From positions 72,779 through 136,778 of the forward strand of contig QAKH01000048.1 in assembly GCA_003343885.1 (NCBI GenBank): a stretch of DNA of 64,000 nt, in the 5' to 3' direction. This document shows positions 27,577-37,240 of this stretch, piece after piece. Under the pieces are notes generated by a model. That model searched no databases. It saw nothing but the letters and a program-made list of their open reading frames with translations, and was not told the origin of the DNA. This DNA comes from Clostridiales bacterium. Its GTDB lineage: Bacteria; Bacillota; Clostridia; Oscillospirales; CAG-382. The stretch's first letter is position 1, and each line of letters starts with the position of its first letter. The translations under genes were made by a program, and so were the position numbers.

Positions 27577-29370
27577 TTGGCTGAAAATAATAATAAAACA
27601 AGCGCACTGATATACGGTGTAAACGGCCCGATTGTTACAATAAAGGGCAAAACCGATTTCAGCATGCTCGAAATGGTGTATGTCGGTCAAAAGCGCCTCA
27701 TTGGTGAAGTAATCCGAATTGAACGTGATTTTACGACTATACAGGTATACGAAGAAACAACCTCGCTTAGAGCCGGTGAGCCGGTTATCGGCACGGGCGC
27801 CTCGTTAAGCGTAACGCTCGGCCCGGGAATAATGGGCAACATTTTTGACGGTATCCAACGTCCTCTGCGTGTTCTTGAGGGCGAATTCGGCGCGTTTATC
27901 GGACGTGGTGCAAATGTGGCATCACTTGACGAAACAAAAAAGTGGAATGTGACATTTTGCATTAAGCCAGGAGATACACTAAGCGGCGGTCAGGTCTTTG
28001 CTACGCTTCCCGAAACGGATATAATAACTCACAAGGTTATGTTGTCCCCGTTACTTTCCGGAAAAATAACCTGGGTTGCTCCTAACGGTGAGTACACGGT
28101 AAAGGACGAAATTGCGAAGCTTGAGGATGCAAGCGGTAATATTCATACACTGACTCTTGAACAGCGTTGGCCGATTCGTACACCAAGACCTATCTATTCA
28201 AGACTTCCCTCAAACACTCCGCTTATTACCGGACAGCGTATTATCGACTCCCTCTTCCCCATCGCTAAAGGCGGTGCGGCGGCTATTCCGGGCGGATTCG
28301 GTACCGGTAAAACAACAACGCAGCATCAGCTTGCGAAGTGGTGTGACGCTGACATAATCATTTATGTCGGATGCGGCGAGCGAGGCAACGAAATGACTCA
28401 GGTTCTTACTGAATTTTCCGAGCTTACCGACCCGAAATCCGGAAAGCCTCTGCTTGACAGGACGGTGCTTATCGCCAATACTTCAAACATGCCTGTGGCG
28501 GCTCGTGAGGCTTCAATATACACAGGTATCACTCTTGCCGAGTATTACAGAGATATGGGATATGACACGGCAATAATGGCGGATTCTACTTCACGTTGGG
28601 CTGAGGCACTGCGTGAGATATCCGGACGTCTTGAAGAAATGCCGGCTGACGAAGGTTTCCCGGCTTATCTGCTGTCAAGGCTTGCGGAGTTTTACGAACG
28701 TTCCGGACGTGTTGAAACTCTTTCCGGCAAGCAAGGTTCTGTAAGCATTATAGGGGCAGTCAGCCCGCAGGGTTCTGACTTTTCCGAGCCGGTTACTCAG
28801 AACACGAAGCGTTTTATAAGATGCTTCTGGGCGCTTGATAAAAATCTGGCGTACGCAAGACATTTTCCGGCAATTAACTGGAACGACTCATACAGCGAAT
28901 ATGTAAACGATTTTTCCGGCTGGTACCGTGAGAACGTAGGTGCGGATTTTCTTTCATGCCGTGAGGAATTATGCAGTATTCTTTCAGAAGAAAACAAGCT
29001 CATGGAAATTGTAAAGTTAATCGGTGCCGATGTGCTTCCTGATGATCAGAAATTGGTTATTGAAGTTGCTCACGTCATACGCAGCGGCTTTTTACAGCAG
29101 GAATATTTCAGCAAAAACGACGCTTTTGTTCCTATGAAAAAACAGCTTGCTATGATGTCCGTAATTCTTAAATATTATCACAAGATGCGTGACGCCGTTG
29201 CTTTGCAGATTCCTATTTCAAAGCTTCTCGCTTTGGGAATTTCCGAAAAACTTATCGGCATGAAGCACGATGTACCCGAAAACGATTTGTCGCTGATTGA
29301 CAAATACGCTTCCGAAATAGACACCGAACTGAATGCGCTTATTAAATCAAGAGGAGGAGACACCATATGA
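27577..29370 (+). CDS. ntpA: V-type ATP synthase catalytic subunit A
   Basis: 597 aa with a TTG start 6 nt after AGAGGTG. Walker A GGFGTGKT, the non-homologous region and [14 protein letters not shown] are present. The size is normal, so no intein. Confidence 0.95.
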   Translation: MAENNNKTSALIYGVNGPIVTIKGKTDFSMLEMVYVGQKRLIGEVIRIERDFTTIQVYEETTSLRAGEPVIGTGASLSVTLGPGIMGNIFDGIQRPLRVLEGEFGAFIGRGANVASLDETKKWNVTFCIKPGDTLSGGQVFATLPETDIITHKVMLSPLLSGKITWVAPNGEYTVKDEIAKLEDASGNIHTLTLEQRWPIRTPRPIYSRLPSNTPLITGQRIIDSLFPIAKGGAAAIPGGFGTGKTTTQHQLAKWCDADIIIYVGCGERGNEMTQVLTEFSELTDPKSGKPLLDRTVLIANTSNMPVAAREASIYTGITLAEYYRDMGYDTAIMADSTSRWAEALREISGRLEEMPADEGFPAYLLSRLAEFYERSGRVETLSGKQGSVSIIGAVSPQGSDFSEPVTQNTKRFIRCFWALDKNLAYARHFPAINWNDSYSEYVNDFSGWYRENVGADFLSCREELCSILSEENKLMEIVKLIGADVLPDDQKLVIEVAHVIRSGFLQQEYFSKNDAFVPMKKQLAMMSVILKYYHKMRDAVALQIPISKLLALGISEKLIGMKHDVPENDLSLIDKYASEIDTELNALIKSRGGDTI

Positions 29371-30734
29371 TAATACGTCATTTGAAAACCGAACGTATAA
29401 ACGGTTCTCTTATCACTCTTGACGGTGTTAAAGAGGCTTCTTTCGACGAGGTTGCTACGCTTTACCTGTCGGACGGTACAAAGAGGACGGGCAGAGTCGT
29501 AAAAATTGAGGGTGAAACCGTTACTTTGCAGGTTTTTGAAGGTTCAAGAGGGATTTCCGCTTTCAACACAAGTACGGTTTTTGAAGGAAGTCCTATTGAG
29601 CTTGCTCTGTCTCCTGAGATACTCGGAAGAGTTTTTGACGGGCTTGGCAGACCGATTGACAGTTTAGGAGAAATTTATCCGCACGTTGTAAGAGATGTAA
29701 ACGGCGCTCCGATAAATCCTGTTTCACGTGAATATCCGAGAAACTTCATTCAGACCGGAATATCGTCAATAGACGCGCTTGCTACGCTTGTTCGCGGTCA
29801 AAAGCTGCCGATATTTTCCGGATACGGAATGAAGCACAACGAGCTTGCCGCTCAGATTGCAAAACAGTCTACCATTGCTGACAACGATGATTTTGCTATT
29901 GTTTTTGCCGCAATGGGCGTAAAAAATGACGTTGCCCAATATTTCCGCAGTCAATTTGAAGACGCAAACGCGAACAGCAAGGTTGTTATGTTTCTCAATT
30001 TATCAAACGACCCGATTATTGAAAGAATAATCACTCCGAGATGTGCTCTGACCGCTGCGGAATATTTGGCATTTGATCTCGGCATGAATATTCTTGTAAT
30101 TTTAACCGACATGACGGCTTACGCCGAGGCATTGCGTGAATTCAGTTCTTCAAAGGGTGACATACCCGGAAGAAAAGGTTTTCCGGGCTATCTGTACTCA
30201 GACTTTGCTTCACTGTATGAAAGAGCCGGTATGCTTGCAGGCAAAAAAGGCTCGGTTACACAGATCCCGATACTTACCATGCCTAACGATGACATTACCC
30301 ACCCGATTCCTGACCTTACCGGCTATATAACCGAAGGACAGATAGTTCTTGACAGAGAGCTTGACGCAAAAGGTATCTATCCGCCGGTAAACGTTCTGCC
30401 GAGCCTGTCGAGACTTATGAAGGACGGTATCGGAAAAGGCTTTACAAGAGAGGACCACGCTCCTCTTGCTAATCAGCTTATGGCATCGTATTCAAAAGTC
30501 CAGGAAGCAAGAGCTCTTGCCTCAGTTATAGGAGAAGACGAATTGTCTCCGGAAGATAAGCTTTTAATGGAATTCGGCAAAGCTTTTGAAACTCAGTTTA
30601 TAAATCAATCTTTCACGGAAAACCGTACACTTGACCAAACGCTTGATTTAGGCTGGAAGCTAATTTCCATGCTGCCAAAGAAAATGCTTGACAGAGTTGA
30701 CGGCAAGATTCTTGACCGTTACTACCGCGGCTAA
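29367..30734 (+). CDS. ntpB: V-type ATP synthase subunit B
   Basis: 455 aa, overlapping ntpA by 4 nt. Typical B-subunit blocks are present ([20 protein letters not shown]). Confidence 0.95.
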   Translation: MIIRHLKTERINGSLITLDGVKEASFDEVATLYLSDGTKRTGRVVKIEGETVTLQVFEGSRGISAFNTSTVFEGSPIELALSPEILGRVFDGLGRPIDSLGEIYPHVVRDVNGAPINPVSREYPRNFIQTGISSIDALATLVRGQKLPIFSGYGMKHNELAAQIAKQSTIADNDDFAIVFAAMGVKNDVAQYFRSQFEDANANSKVVMFLNLSNDPIIERIITPRCALTAAEYLAFDLGMNILVILTDMTAYAEALREFSSSKGDIPGRKGFPGYLYSDFASLYERAGMLAGKKGSVTQIPILTMPNDDITHPIPDLTGYITEGQIVLDRELDAKGIYPPVNVLPSLSRLMKDGIGKGFTREDHAPLANQLMASYSKVQEARALASVIGEDELSPEDKLLMEFGKAFETQFINQSFTENRTLDQTLDLGWKLISMLPKKMLDRVDGKILDRYYRG

Positions 30735-30756
30735 GATTGAAAGGAGTAATTTACAC

Positions 30757-31575
30757 ATGACAGGATTTGCCATGCGTATATTCATCGGCGTACTGCTCGG
30801 ACTTGGCGCCGTTCTTCCCGGTATTTCCGGAGGAGTTCTTTGCGTTATGTTCGGGCTTTACAAGCCGATAATCGAGTTTTTGTCTCATCCGAAAAAATCT
30901 TTTAAGAAGTATGCCGGTTTGCTGCTTCCCGTATTTATTGGGTTAGTACTCGGTTTTGTCTTAGTTGCAAGACTTTTGGCGTTTCTTCTGGAAAGATACG
31001 AAAATATATCCGTCTGCCTGTTTGTCGGACTTATTATAGGCATGTTCCCCTCCCTGCTTAAGGAAGCCGGGAAAAACGGGCGAAACAAATTCTCGGTTAT
31101 TTCATTTATTGCCGCTTTTTTAATTATTCTCACACTTCTCATAGGACTTCATATGATGTCCGTAAAATTAGAGCCAAGCTTTATATGGTACGTTTTCTGC
31201 GGTCTATGCCTTGCTGTGAGTATAATTGTCCCCGGAATGAGCTTTTCCACACTCCTTATGCCGTTAGGATTATATACTCCGTTTGTTGACGGAATAGGAC
31301 GTCTTAACTTTTCAGTAATAATACCTGCGTTTTTAGGAGCGATAGTGACGCTTATACTGTTTTCAAAGCTTGTAAACATGCTCTTTGAAAAGCATTACTC
31401 GGTCGCCTTTCACGCTGTAGCCGGAGTTGTAGCTGCTGCCACTCTTGTTATTGTGCCGTTTCCAAGTTTTGTTTCAGGCGGAATCGTAAGCTTTGCCTCA
31501 AACACTGCGGCTTTGGTTTTGGGCGCGGTTGTTGCGTACGCTTTATCGAAGCTTGACAACGGAGAAAGAGAATAA
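30757..31575 (+). CDS. DUF368 family polytopic membrane protein (PopT-type candidate undecaprenyl-phosphate translocase)
   Basis: Start taken at ATG 30757 (AAGGAG at 30741); the track ORF starts at 30688, inside ntpB. The signature PGISGGVL...G.Y and its internal repeat PGMSFSTLLMPLGLY are present. ~8 TM. Confidence 0.75.
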   Translation: MTGFAMRIFIGVLLGLGAVLPGISGGVLCVMFGLYKPIIEFLSHPKKSFKKYAGLLLPVFIGLVLGFVLVARLLAFLLERYENISVCLFVGLIIGMFPSLLKEAGKNGRNKFSVISFIAAFLIILTLLIGLHMMSVKLEPSFIWYVFCGLCLAVSIIVPGMSFSTLLMPLGLYTPFVDGIGRLNFSVIIPAFLGAIVTLILFSKLVNMLFEKHYSVAFHAVAGVVAAATLVIVPFPSFVSGGIVSFASNTAALVLGAVVAYALSKLDNGERE

Positions 31576-31664
31576 CATTTTTATAAACAAACTATATTCG
31601 ACAATTTCTGAATTACAGTGAATACATATTTACCGATTTAATTACAATTATTGGAGTTAATAAA

Positions 31665-32288
31665 ATGGCTGGAATTGTTCCGACAAAAAGCAACCTTATG
31701 GCTGCCCAAAAGTCGCTTAAACTTGCCAAGCTCGGATATGAGCTTATGGACAGAAAGAAAAATATACTGATCAAGGATTTATTATCTCTGACCGACAAGG
31801 CAAAACAAATTCGTAAAGAAACCGACGAGGCGTACAAAAAGGCTTATAACAGCCTTCAAAATGCAGAAATGACGCTTGGACGGTGCGGAACGTTTGCAAT
31901 GAGCATTCCCTTTGACGAAAGCCTTGACATATCTTCAAGGAGCGATATGGGAGTGGAGTTGGCTAAAATAAGCCATTCCGAGTCTGAGCTTTATCCGTAT
32001 TTCGGTTTTGACTGCACAAACTCATATCTTGACGAAGCGTATATTTATTTCAACGAAGCGAAAAACAAAACTGTTGCTCTGGCTGAAATTGAGACTGACG
32101 TATGCCGTCTTGCTGATGCGATAAGGAAAACGCAGAAAAGAGCAAACGCTTTATCAAATGTACAAATTCCGGCGCTGACTGAAAAAATTAAAGCTATTAC
32201 CGAGGCTTTGGATGAAAAAGAACGTGAAGAATTTTCTCGTATGAAGGTCATCAAAACAGCGGCAGAAAAAAACTCTCTTTCGCAATAA
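31665..32288 (+). CDS. ntpD: V-type ATP synthase subunit D
   Basis: 207 aa. VPTKSNLM..Q..L..A..G..L...K N-terminus and coiled-coil rotor-stalk pattern. Confidence 0.9.
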   Translation: MAGIVPTKSNLMAAQKSLKLAKLGYELMDRKKNILIKDLLSLTDKAKQIRKETDEAYKKAYNSLQNAEMTLGRCGTFAMSIPFDESLDISSRSDMGVELAKISHSESELYPYFGFDCTNSYLDEAYIYFNEAKNKTVALAEIETDVCRLADAIRKTQKRANALSNVQIPALTEKIKAITEALDEKEREEFSRMKVIKTAAEKNSLSQ

Positions 32289-32310
32289 TTTATAATTTTA
32301 TCTGCAAATA

Positions 32311-32350
32311 AATATCCGGCAAGATGTTATCTCTTGCCGGATATTTTTCT
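32311..32350. terminator. bidirectional intrinsic terminator between the V-ATPase operon and the convergent nine-gene locus
   Basis: Perfect 14-bp stem AATATCCGGCAAGA / TCTTGCCGGATATT, 7-nt loop, then TTTTCT on the plus strand and a U-rich stretch on the minus strand. Confidence 0.8.
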
Positions 32351-33181
32351 CTACCTATCCTTGCATACTTTTACATTAGATTTTTCACAGGCAACATATC
32401 CGTCTTTTATGGAAAAAAAAGCGCATCTCTCATCAGTGTGGGAATTTTCAGTCTTAATATCCGCTTTTTTTAGTGCTTTTGCACGGATTAGCATATACTC
32501 GTTATTTCCGTCGTTATAATAACAATCGTACCCATAAAACGCTCGTAAAACAAGCTCGGCTTTTTCATATTCCGTATCCGGATATATTGTGTACATACTC
32601 TTGTCCGGCATTTCAAGATATTCCGCCGCACCGCTTTGCGGTACGGCATTTTTATATGCCTCATCAAAATTTTCTATCAGATAGCTAAGCATTTCCGGCA
32701 GGAGCGCGTATACTTTTTGCATAAAAGTTTCAAGATTTTCCTTCTCTTCGAGTACAAAAGACCGCTGAACGACTATATCTCCGGTGTCAAAGCCTTCGGC
32801 AATTTTATGAATTGTAACTCCGCTTTCACGTTCTCTTCTCAAAATCGCTATGGGCATCGGCCATCCGCCTCTTCCCTTGGGAAGAAGAGACGGGTGAATA
32901 TTAAGCGTAGGTATATCAGGGAAAACAGGAATCTTATAGTAATACCCGGCGCAAAAAACTGCCTCACAGCCTTTTTCTTTAAGCCGCACAAAATCGGCAA
33001 TTGTTATTCTGTCAAGCTTATATGGAACGCCGGCATTTTGTGCGATACTGATTACCTTACTGTTGAATTCAGTTAAATTATCAGTCCGGCAGGTAAAAAG
33101 CTCTAACAGTTCACAGCCTTCGGACAAAAGTATTTCGAGTGCAGGAGCAAACAAATCAATCCCGATATAGGCAATTTTCAA
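32351..33181 (-). CDS. Fmt-type formyltransferase family protein (short, non-canonical C-terminal domain)
   Basis: 276 aa with a TTG start overlapping the upstream stop (TTGA). Catalytic motifs NIHPSLLPKGRGGWP and FDTGDIV are present. The N-terminal MKIAYIG beta-strand matches the Fmt fold start. Confidence 0.75.
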   Translation of the reverse strand: MKIAYIGIDLFAPALEILLSEGCELLELFTCRTDNLTEFNSKVISIAQNAGVPYKLDRITIADFVRLKEKGCEAVFCAGYYYKIPVFPDIPTLNIHPSLLPKGRGGWPMPIAILRRERESGVTIHKIAEGFDTGDIVVQRSFVLEEKENLETFMQKVYALLPEMLSYLIENFDEAYKNAVPQSGAAEYLEMPDKSMYTIYPDTEYEKAELVLRAFYGYDCYYNDGNNEYMLIRAKALKKADIKTENSHTDERCAFFSIKDGYVACEKSNVKVCKDR

Positions 33182-35145
33182 AGCACATCATCCCTTCGCT
33201 TTTCTATGACAAATACCGATGTATACGGCTTCATAATCAGCTCATTTTTCTTTTCTATGACGTTTCCGCTGCTGTTGCACCAAATTTCGAAATCAGAACC
33301 GTCAGAGAGCTTAATCTTTAAAGAATTATCGCTGTCACCGGTATTTATAATATAGTAAATCCGAACGCCGTCTCTTTCATACGGACTTACAAAGATATTT
33401 GCTTTATTATCTGACTCAATTTCTATTCCGTATGCAATCTTTTCGGCAAGAATTTCTGCCGGATTTTCACAAATATCAACCGAGAGCAAGTCGGGCTTTG
33501 AGCCTGCGTACAGTACACATCCTCCGGCAAGTTGAAAATCACTTATTTTTTTCTCGAGCAAATCATCAACATATTTTACTCCCGGCATTACGACACAGCT
33601 GATTTCCAAACCATTACATACAAGGCAATTATTAACTATATCCGCATCTTTTATCCACTCTGCATCGATAATCGTAAAATCAAGCTGTTTTTTACAAATA
33701 TCCGTATACAGTTTGAACATGGTCTGTTCCGCAAATGTTTCGGTATCTGTAATTTGGGCGCCGGAATTTATACCGATACAATCGGGATGGTAATATCCTT
33801 GGAACGTTTCAATAGGATAATACATGCCAATTTTACCGCACCATCTGCAACTTCTGAGAACATATGCAGCTCTTGCAAAATAATCGGCATAATACTTGAA
33901 GCTGCCTTGAAGTCTTTCCGGTGAGAGATAAGAGTTGATATGGTTTATTCCCGACATGAAAATCAGATCCATTGTTCCTATTTCCTGTTCGAGAGTATAG
34001 TCCTGATTCCCGTTATACTGTACAAGCGGACATATCTCAACCATGACCTTTTCTGTTTTACCCGTCATTCTTGCCGCACTTCCAACGTATTTTGCAGCCA
34101 TAGCAAACTGGAACGACTTATTGTATTTGAAAGCTTCAGGATCGCCTGTAAGCATGTCAACACCGGGATAGTCAAAAGTTTTAAGACACTTCATGAGATT
34201 TCCATACAAGGGCACATGCATGGAAATACATTCCTCAAGCAGGCAGTGTCCGGAGAATTTGACTGAATGTGTGCGGCACCATACTTGAATTTGCTTGAAA
34301 AACGCGTCATTTACCATTTCAGAAACGGTCTGCCAAAACATGAGTTTACTTTTTAAAAATCTGTCTGATTTATCAAACAACTCATGTATTATCTTAAAAA
34401 AGCTGACACCGTGCATTTGATAAAAGACTTCCGGCAATTTTTCCTGCCATGGCAAAAAAGCACGTTCCATATTTTTGTAACAATTAACATACGCACTCAT
34501 AAGGCTTGGCTCATCTGTAAAAACTGCCTCAAACTCGGAAAAATTACTAAGACTTTCAAAATATTTATCGTATGTGCACTTAATAAACGCATCTACTGCG
34601 TCCTTATCAAGTAAGTTCGGATATCTCCTGGGACCCCAGCCGCAATTCTGTGCGTGACTGCCTTCAAAAACTGATTTTACTGCAAAGCACAAGTCTGCTC
34701 CGTTGACGGATTTTTCAGAGAAATTCACCGGTGAACCGTCTTTTTTGCAGGCATAAATAACTTTATCATATTCATCGTCAAGCTTAAAATCAGTGCCGTT
34801 TAATTCAAACACTGTAAAGCCCTTGGCTTCAAATTCCGGATGTTCTTTTAAGGTAAGTCCGTCAGCGCTTCCACTCGGATATCCTTTTTCGTCATACATC
34901 CAGACGCCAATATTATTTTTCTTGCACACATCTATATTTTTATCAAGTGTAACAAAATCCTCATCGCACTGCAAATATTTAGCTTTATCAGTTTTATCGT
35001 TATGCCAATTTACATTTGTGACTATGCCGCCGAAACCCAAGTCAGAAATGTCCACGAGGTATTTTTCCATATCTTCCGGCAATGCATGAGACAATCTATA
35101 TATTCTATATTCATTTGGCGGGTTTAGAAAAATATTTTTATTCAT
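33178..35145 (-). CDS. cytoplasmic glycoside-hydrolase-like protein, family not assignable by eye
   Basis: Start moved to ATG 35145 (GGAGG upstream). The N-terminal NPPNEYR ... GFGGIVTNV ... WMYDEKGYPSG ... FTDEPS pattern recalls uncharacterised TIM-barrel glycosidases. No signal peptide. Confidence 0.5.
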   Translation of the reverse strand: MNKNIFLNPPNEYRIYRLSHALPEDMEKYLVDISDLGFGGIVTNVNWHNDKTDKAKYLQCDEDFVTLDKNIDVCKKNNIGVWMYDEKGYPSGSADGLTLKEHPEFEAKGFTVFELNGTDFKLDDEYDKVIYACKKDGSPVNFSEKSVNGADLCFAVKSVFEGSHAQNCGWGPRRYPNLLDKDAVDAFIKCTYDKYFESLSNFSEFEAVFTDEPSLMSAYVNCYKNMERAFLPWQEKLPEVFYQMHGVSFFKIIHELFDKSDRFLKSKLMFWQTVSEMVNDAFFKQIQVWCRTHSVKFSGHCLLEECISMHVPLYGNLMKCLKTFDYPGVDMLTGDPEAFKYNKSFQFAMAAKYVGSAARMTGKTEKVMVEICPLVQYNGNQDYTLEQEIGTMDLIFMSGINHINSYLSPERLQGSFKYYADYFARAAYVLRSCRWCGKIGMYYPIETFQGYYHPDCIGINSGAQITDTETFAEQTMFKLYTDICKKQLDFTIIDAEWIKDADIVNNCLVCNGLEISCVVMPGVKYVDDLLEKKISDFQLAGGCVLYAGSKPDLLSVDICENPAEILAEKIAYGIEIESDNKANIFVSPYERDGVRIYYIINTGDSDNSLKIKLSDGSDFEIWCNSSGNVIEKKNELIMKPYTSVFVIEKRRDDVL

Positions 35146-35160
35146 ACAAAACCTCCGCAA

Positions 35161-35199
35161 AAATAACAAAGCGGCAAGCTCCCAACCGGAAGCTGCCGC
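35161..35199 (-). terminator. intra-operon terminator/attenuator-like hairpin
   Basis: Minus-strand RNA: GCGGCAGCUUCC-GGUU-GGGAGCU(U)UGCCGC (12 bp, one bulge) followed by UUUGUUAUUUUU, immediately before the RBS of the GH-like gene. Confidence 0.55.
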
Positions 35200-35212
35200 T
35201 TTTGCATTATTA

Positions 35213-36226
35213 TTAACCAACGATACCTGAACGCTCGATACCTTCGACGAAAGATCTCTGTGCGAACAAGAAGATTATGAACAGCGGCAAAATTACCAAA
35301 AGTCCACTGGTATTTGTTATTGCGGACTCCCACAAAGTTGTTGCCGCATAATCGATCTTCAAGCTCGGCGGAATTTTTGTTACTATGTTCGTAAGCAACG
35401 GTTCCGCGCTCGCTGTAAAGAAAGGAGATGCCGTATAGAATGTATCCGTCCACTGCCATGAGAATGAGAACATAAACACGGTTGTCATCATAGGTACTGA
35501 CAGCGGCATAATTATACGGAAGAATGTTTCAAACACGCCGGTTCCGTCAATATACGCTGCTTCTTCAAGCTCATCCGGCACGCCTTTATAGAACTGTCTG
35601 AATATGAATATATACAAACCGTTCTTAAATGCAAGACCTGTAAGCGAAAGTATGTACAGAGGTATTTCCGTATTTAACAAGCTTATTGTTCCGCCTGTAA
35701 ACAGCTTTATAATTCCCAACACGTCAAAGTAACGGAATTTCATAAACATTGAAAGCAACAATGTATCATGAGGAATCAAAAGTGTGATAATTACCGCAAT
35801 AAACAGGATGTTTCTGCCCTTAAACTTAAACTTAGCAAATCCATAACCGATTATTGCGCATATAAGCGTCTGGAACAATCCGCACAGTATTGATATTCTC
35901 GCAGTATTGAACAGTGCCTGCCAATACTTATTCTCTTTTATTATGAACACCCACTGGTCAAGCGTCGGATTTTTGGAAATCAGTTTTACCGTCTGATCCG
36001 TAAAGTCCGTTGTGCTCATAAATGAAGCGGCTATTTTTGTTATAAAAGGATAAAGGATAATATAGGAAATACCTACAAGGAGAACATATCTAAGTATAGC
36101 CCAAATTACCTTGCCGAGAAAGTTAAGCGAAAACACTTTTTGCTTAAATCTTTCAGCTGCACCAACTTTTCCTTCAAAGTTTATGCGCATTTCTTTTCTC
36201 GAAATTTTTCTTGTCTGCTGATCCAT
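35213..36226 (-). CDS. ABC transporter permease (CUT1 MalG/LplC-like) with ~45-aa N-terminal cytoplasmic extension
   Basis: Start moved to ATG 36226 (AAAGGAGG upstream). EAA loop EEAAYIDGTGVFETFFRIIMPL is present. Confidence 0.8.
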   Translation of the reverse strand: MDQQTRKISRKEMRINFEGKVGAAERFKQKVFSLNFLGKVIWAILRYVLLVGISYIILYPFITKIAASFMSTTDFTDQTVKLISKNPTLDQWVFIIKENKYWQALFNTARISILCGLFQTLICAIIGYGFAKFKFKGRNILFIAVIITLLIPHDTLLLSMFMKFRYFDVLGIIKLFTGGTISLLNTEIPLYILSLTGLAFKNGLYIFIFRQFYKGVPDELEEAAYIDGTGVFETFFRIIMPLSVPMMTTVFMFSFSWQWTDTFYTASPFFTASAEPLLTNIVTKIPPSLKIDYAATTLWESAITNTSGLLVILPLFIIFLFAQRSFVEGIERSGIVG

Positions 36227-36245
36227 TTCTATGTTCCTCCTTTCC

Positions 36246-37220
36246 TTAATCCTTACGCTGATAGAAAACAAACAGTGATATTATTCCTGCAACCGCAGCT
36301 ATAAGCACCAAAACGACTAAGAAATATATCCAAGACATTGCCGAGCTCAAAACTCGCGCGTCTCTCGTCGTACCTTCGTAGATTCTATTTATATACGTCA
36401 TAACTTCATTTGACTTTGAAGTAAACGAGTCTATAACGGTATAAATTGTATTTACGAGGATCATCGGGCTTATCATCGGGAAGGTTATCTTCCAGAATGT
36501 TTCCCATCCTGTTGCGCCGTCCATTGTACAGGACTCGTATATAGCGGGAGATATTGACTGCAATCCTGCTAAGAATATAAGCATTTGTACGCCGGAACGG
36601 TTTACTATATTGAATATGTTATTTACAACATCAACAACGTATACAACCAGTTCTGTACCTACCGCCATATTTCCAAGCAATGATGTTACGTCAAGCGCAC
36701 TGATAATATCGGTTCCGCCGTTCAGCGCATCTGACGCTCCGGTGTCTATACCGCCGGAATTCATGTACGTCATTACCGCATTTGACTGGTCAATCTGGTC
36801 TATAAGACCGGTTGTAAGAATAACCGGGATAAAGAATATCGCTCTGAATACCGCTCTTCCCACCATTTTTTGATTCAAGACTATTGCCATAAACAATGAG
36901 AATATAACGATTGCCGGTACATCCAACACCAACTGCTTCAAGCTCGATGTCAGCACTCTTACAAAGTTTGCGTCGTTGAACAATGCTTTGCTGTAATTTT
37001 CCCAACCTACAAATTCCAGCTCATATCCTCCTCCGCCACCGCCCTGGTTGGTGAGTATGTTTATTTCACTGAAACTGAACTGTACCGATTGGAAAAGCAT
37101 CGGGATATACAGAAGTACAAATCCGATTACAAAGGGAAGTACGAACAGCCATCCCGCTCTCGACTTCTTTGCGTCAAGAGAGGCAACTTTTTTCTTTTTC
37201 GGTTGAATAGCCTTATTCAT
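36246..37220 (-). CDS. ABC transporter permease (CUT1 MalF/LplB-like)
   Basis: 324 aa. EAA loop YESCTMDGATGWETFWKITFPM. Contains an unusual GGGGGG stretch in the first external loop. Confidence 0.8.
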   Translation of the reverse strand: MNKAIQPKKKKVASLDAKKSRAGWLFVLPFVIGFVLLYIPMLFQSVQFSFSEINILTNQGGGGGGYELEFVGWENYSKALFNDANFVRVLTSSLKQLVLDVPAIVIFSLFMAIVLNQKMVGRAVFRAIFFIPVILTTGLIDQIDQSNAVMTYMNSGGIDTGASDALNGGTDIISALDVTSLLGNMAVGTELVVYVVDVVNNIFNIVNRSGVQMLIFLAGLQSISPAIYESCTMDGATGWETFWKITFPMISPMILVNTIYTVIDSFTSKSNEVMTYINRIYEGTTRDARVLSSAMSWIYFLVVLVLIAAVAGIISLFVFYQRKD

Positions 37221-37240
37221 TATTTTACACCCCTTCCCTT

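Noticed and set aside
27577-29370. Check for inteins or insertions in ntpA (likewise in rpoB, rpoC and dnaA).
   Set aside because: Protein lengths are normal for the families and the conserved blocks are contiguous. There are no Cys/Ser...HN splice-junction insertions.
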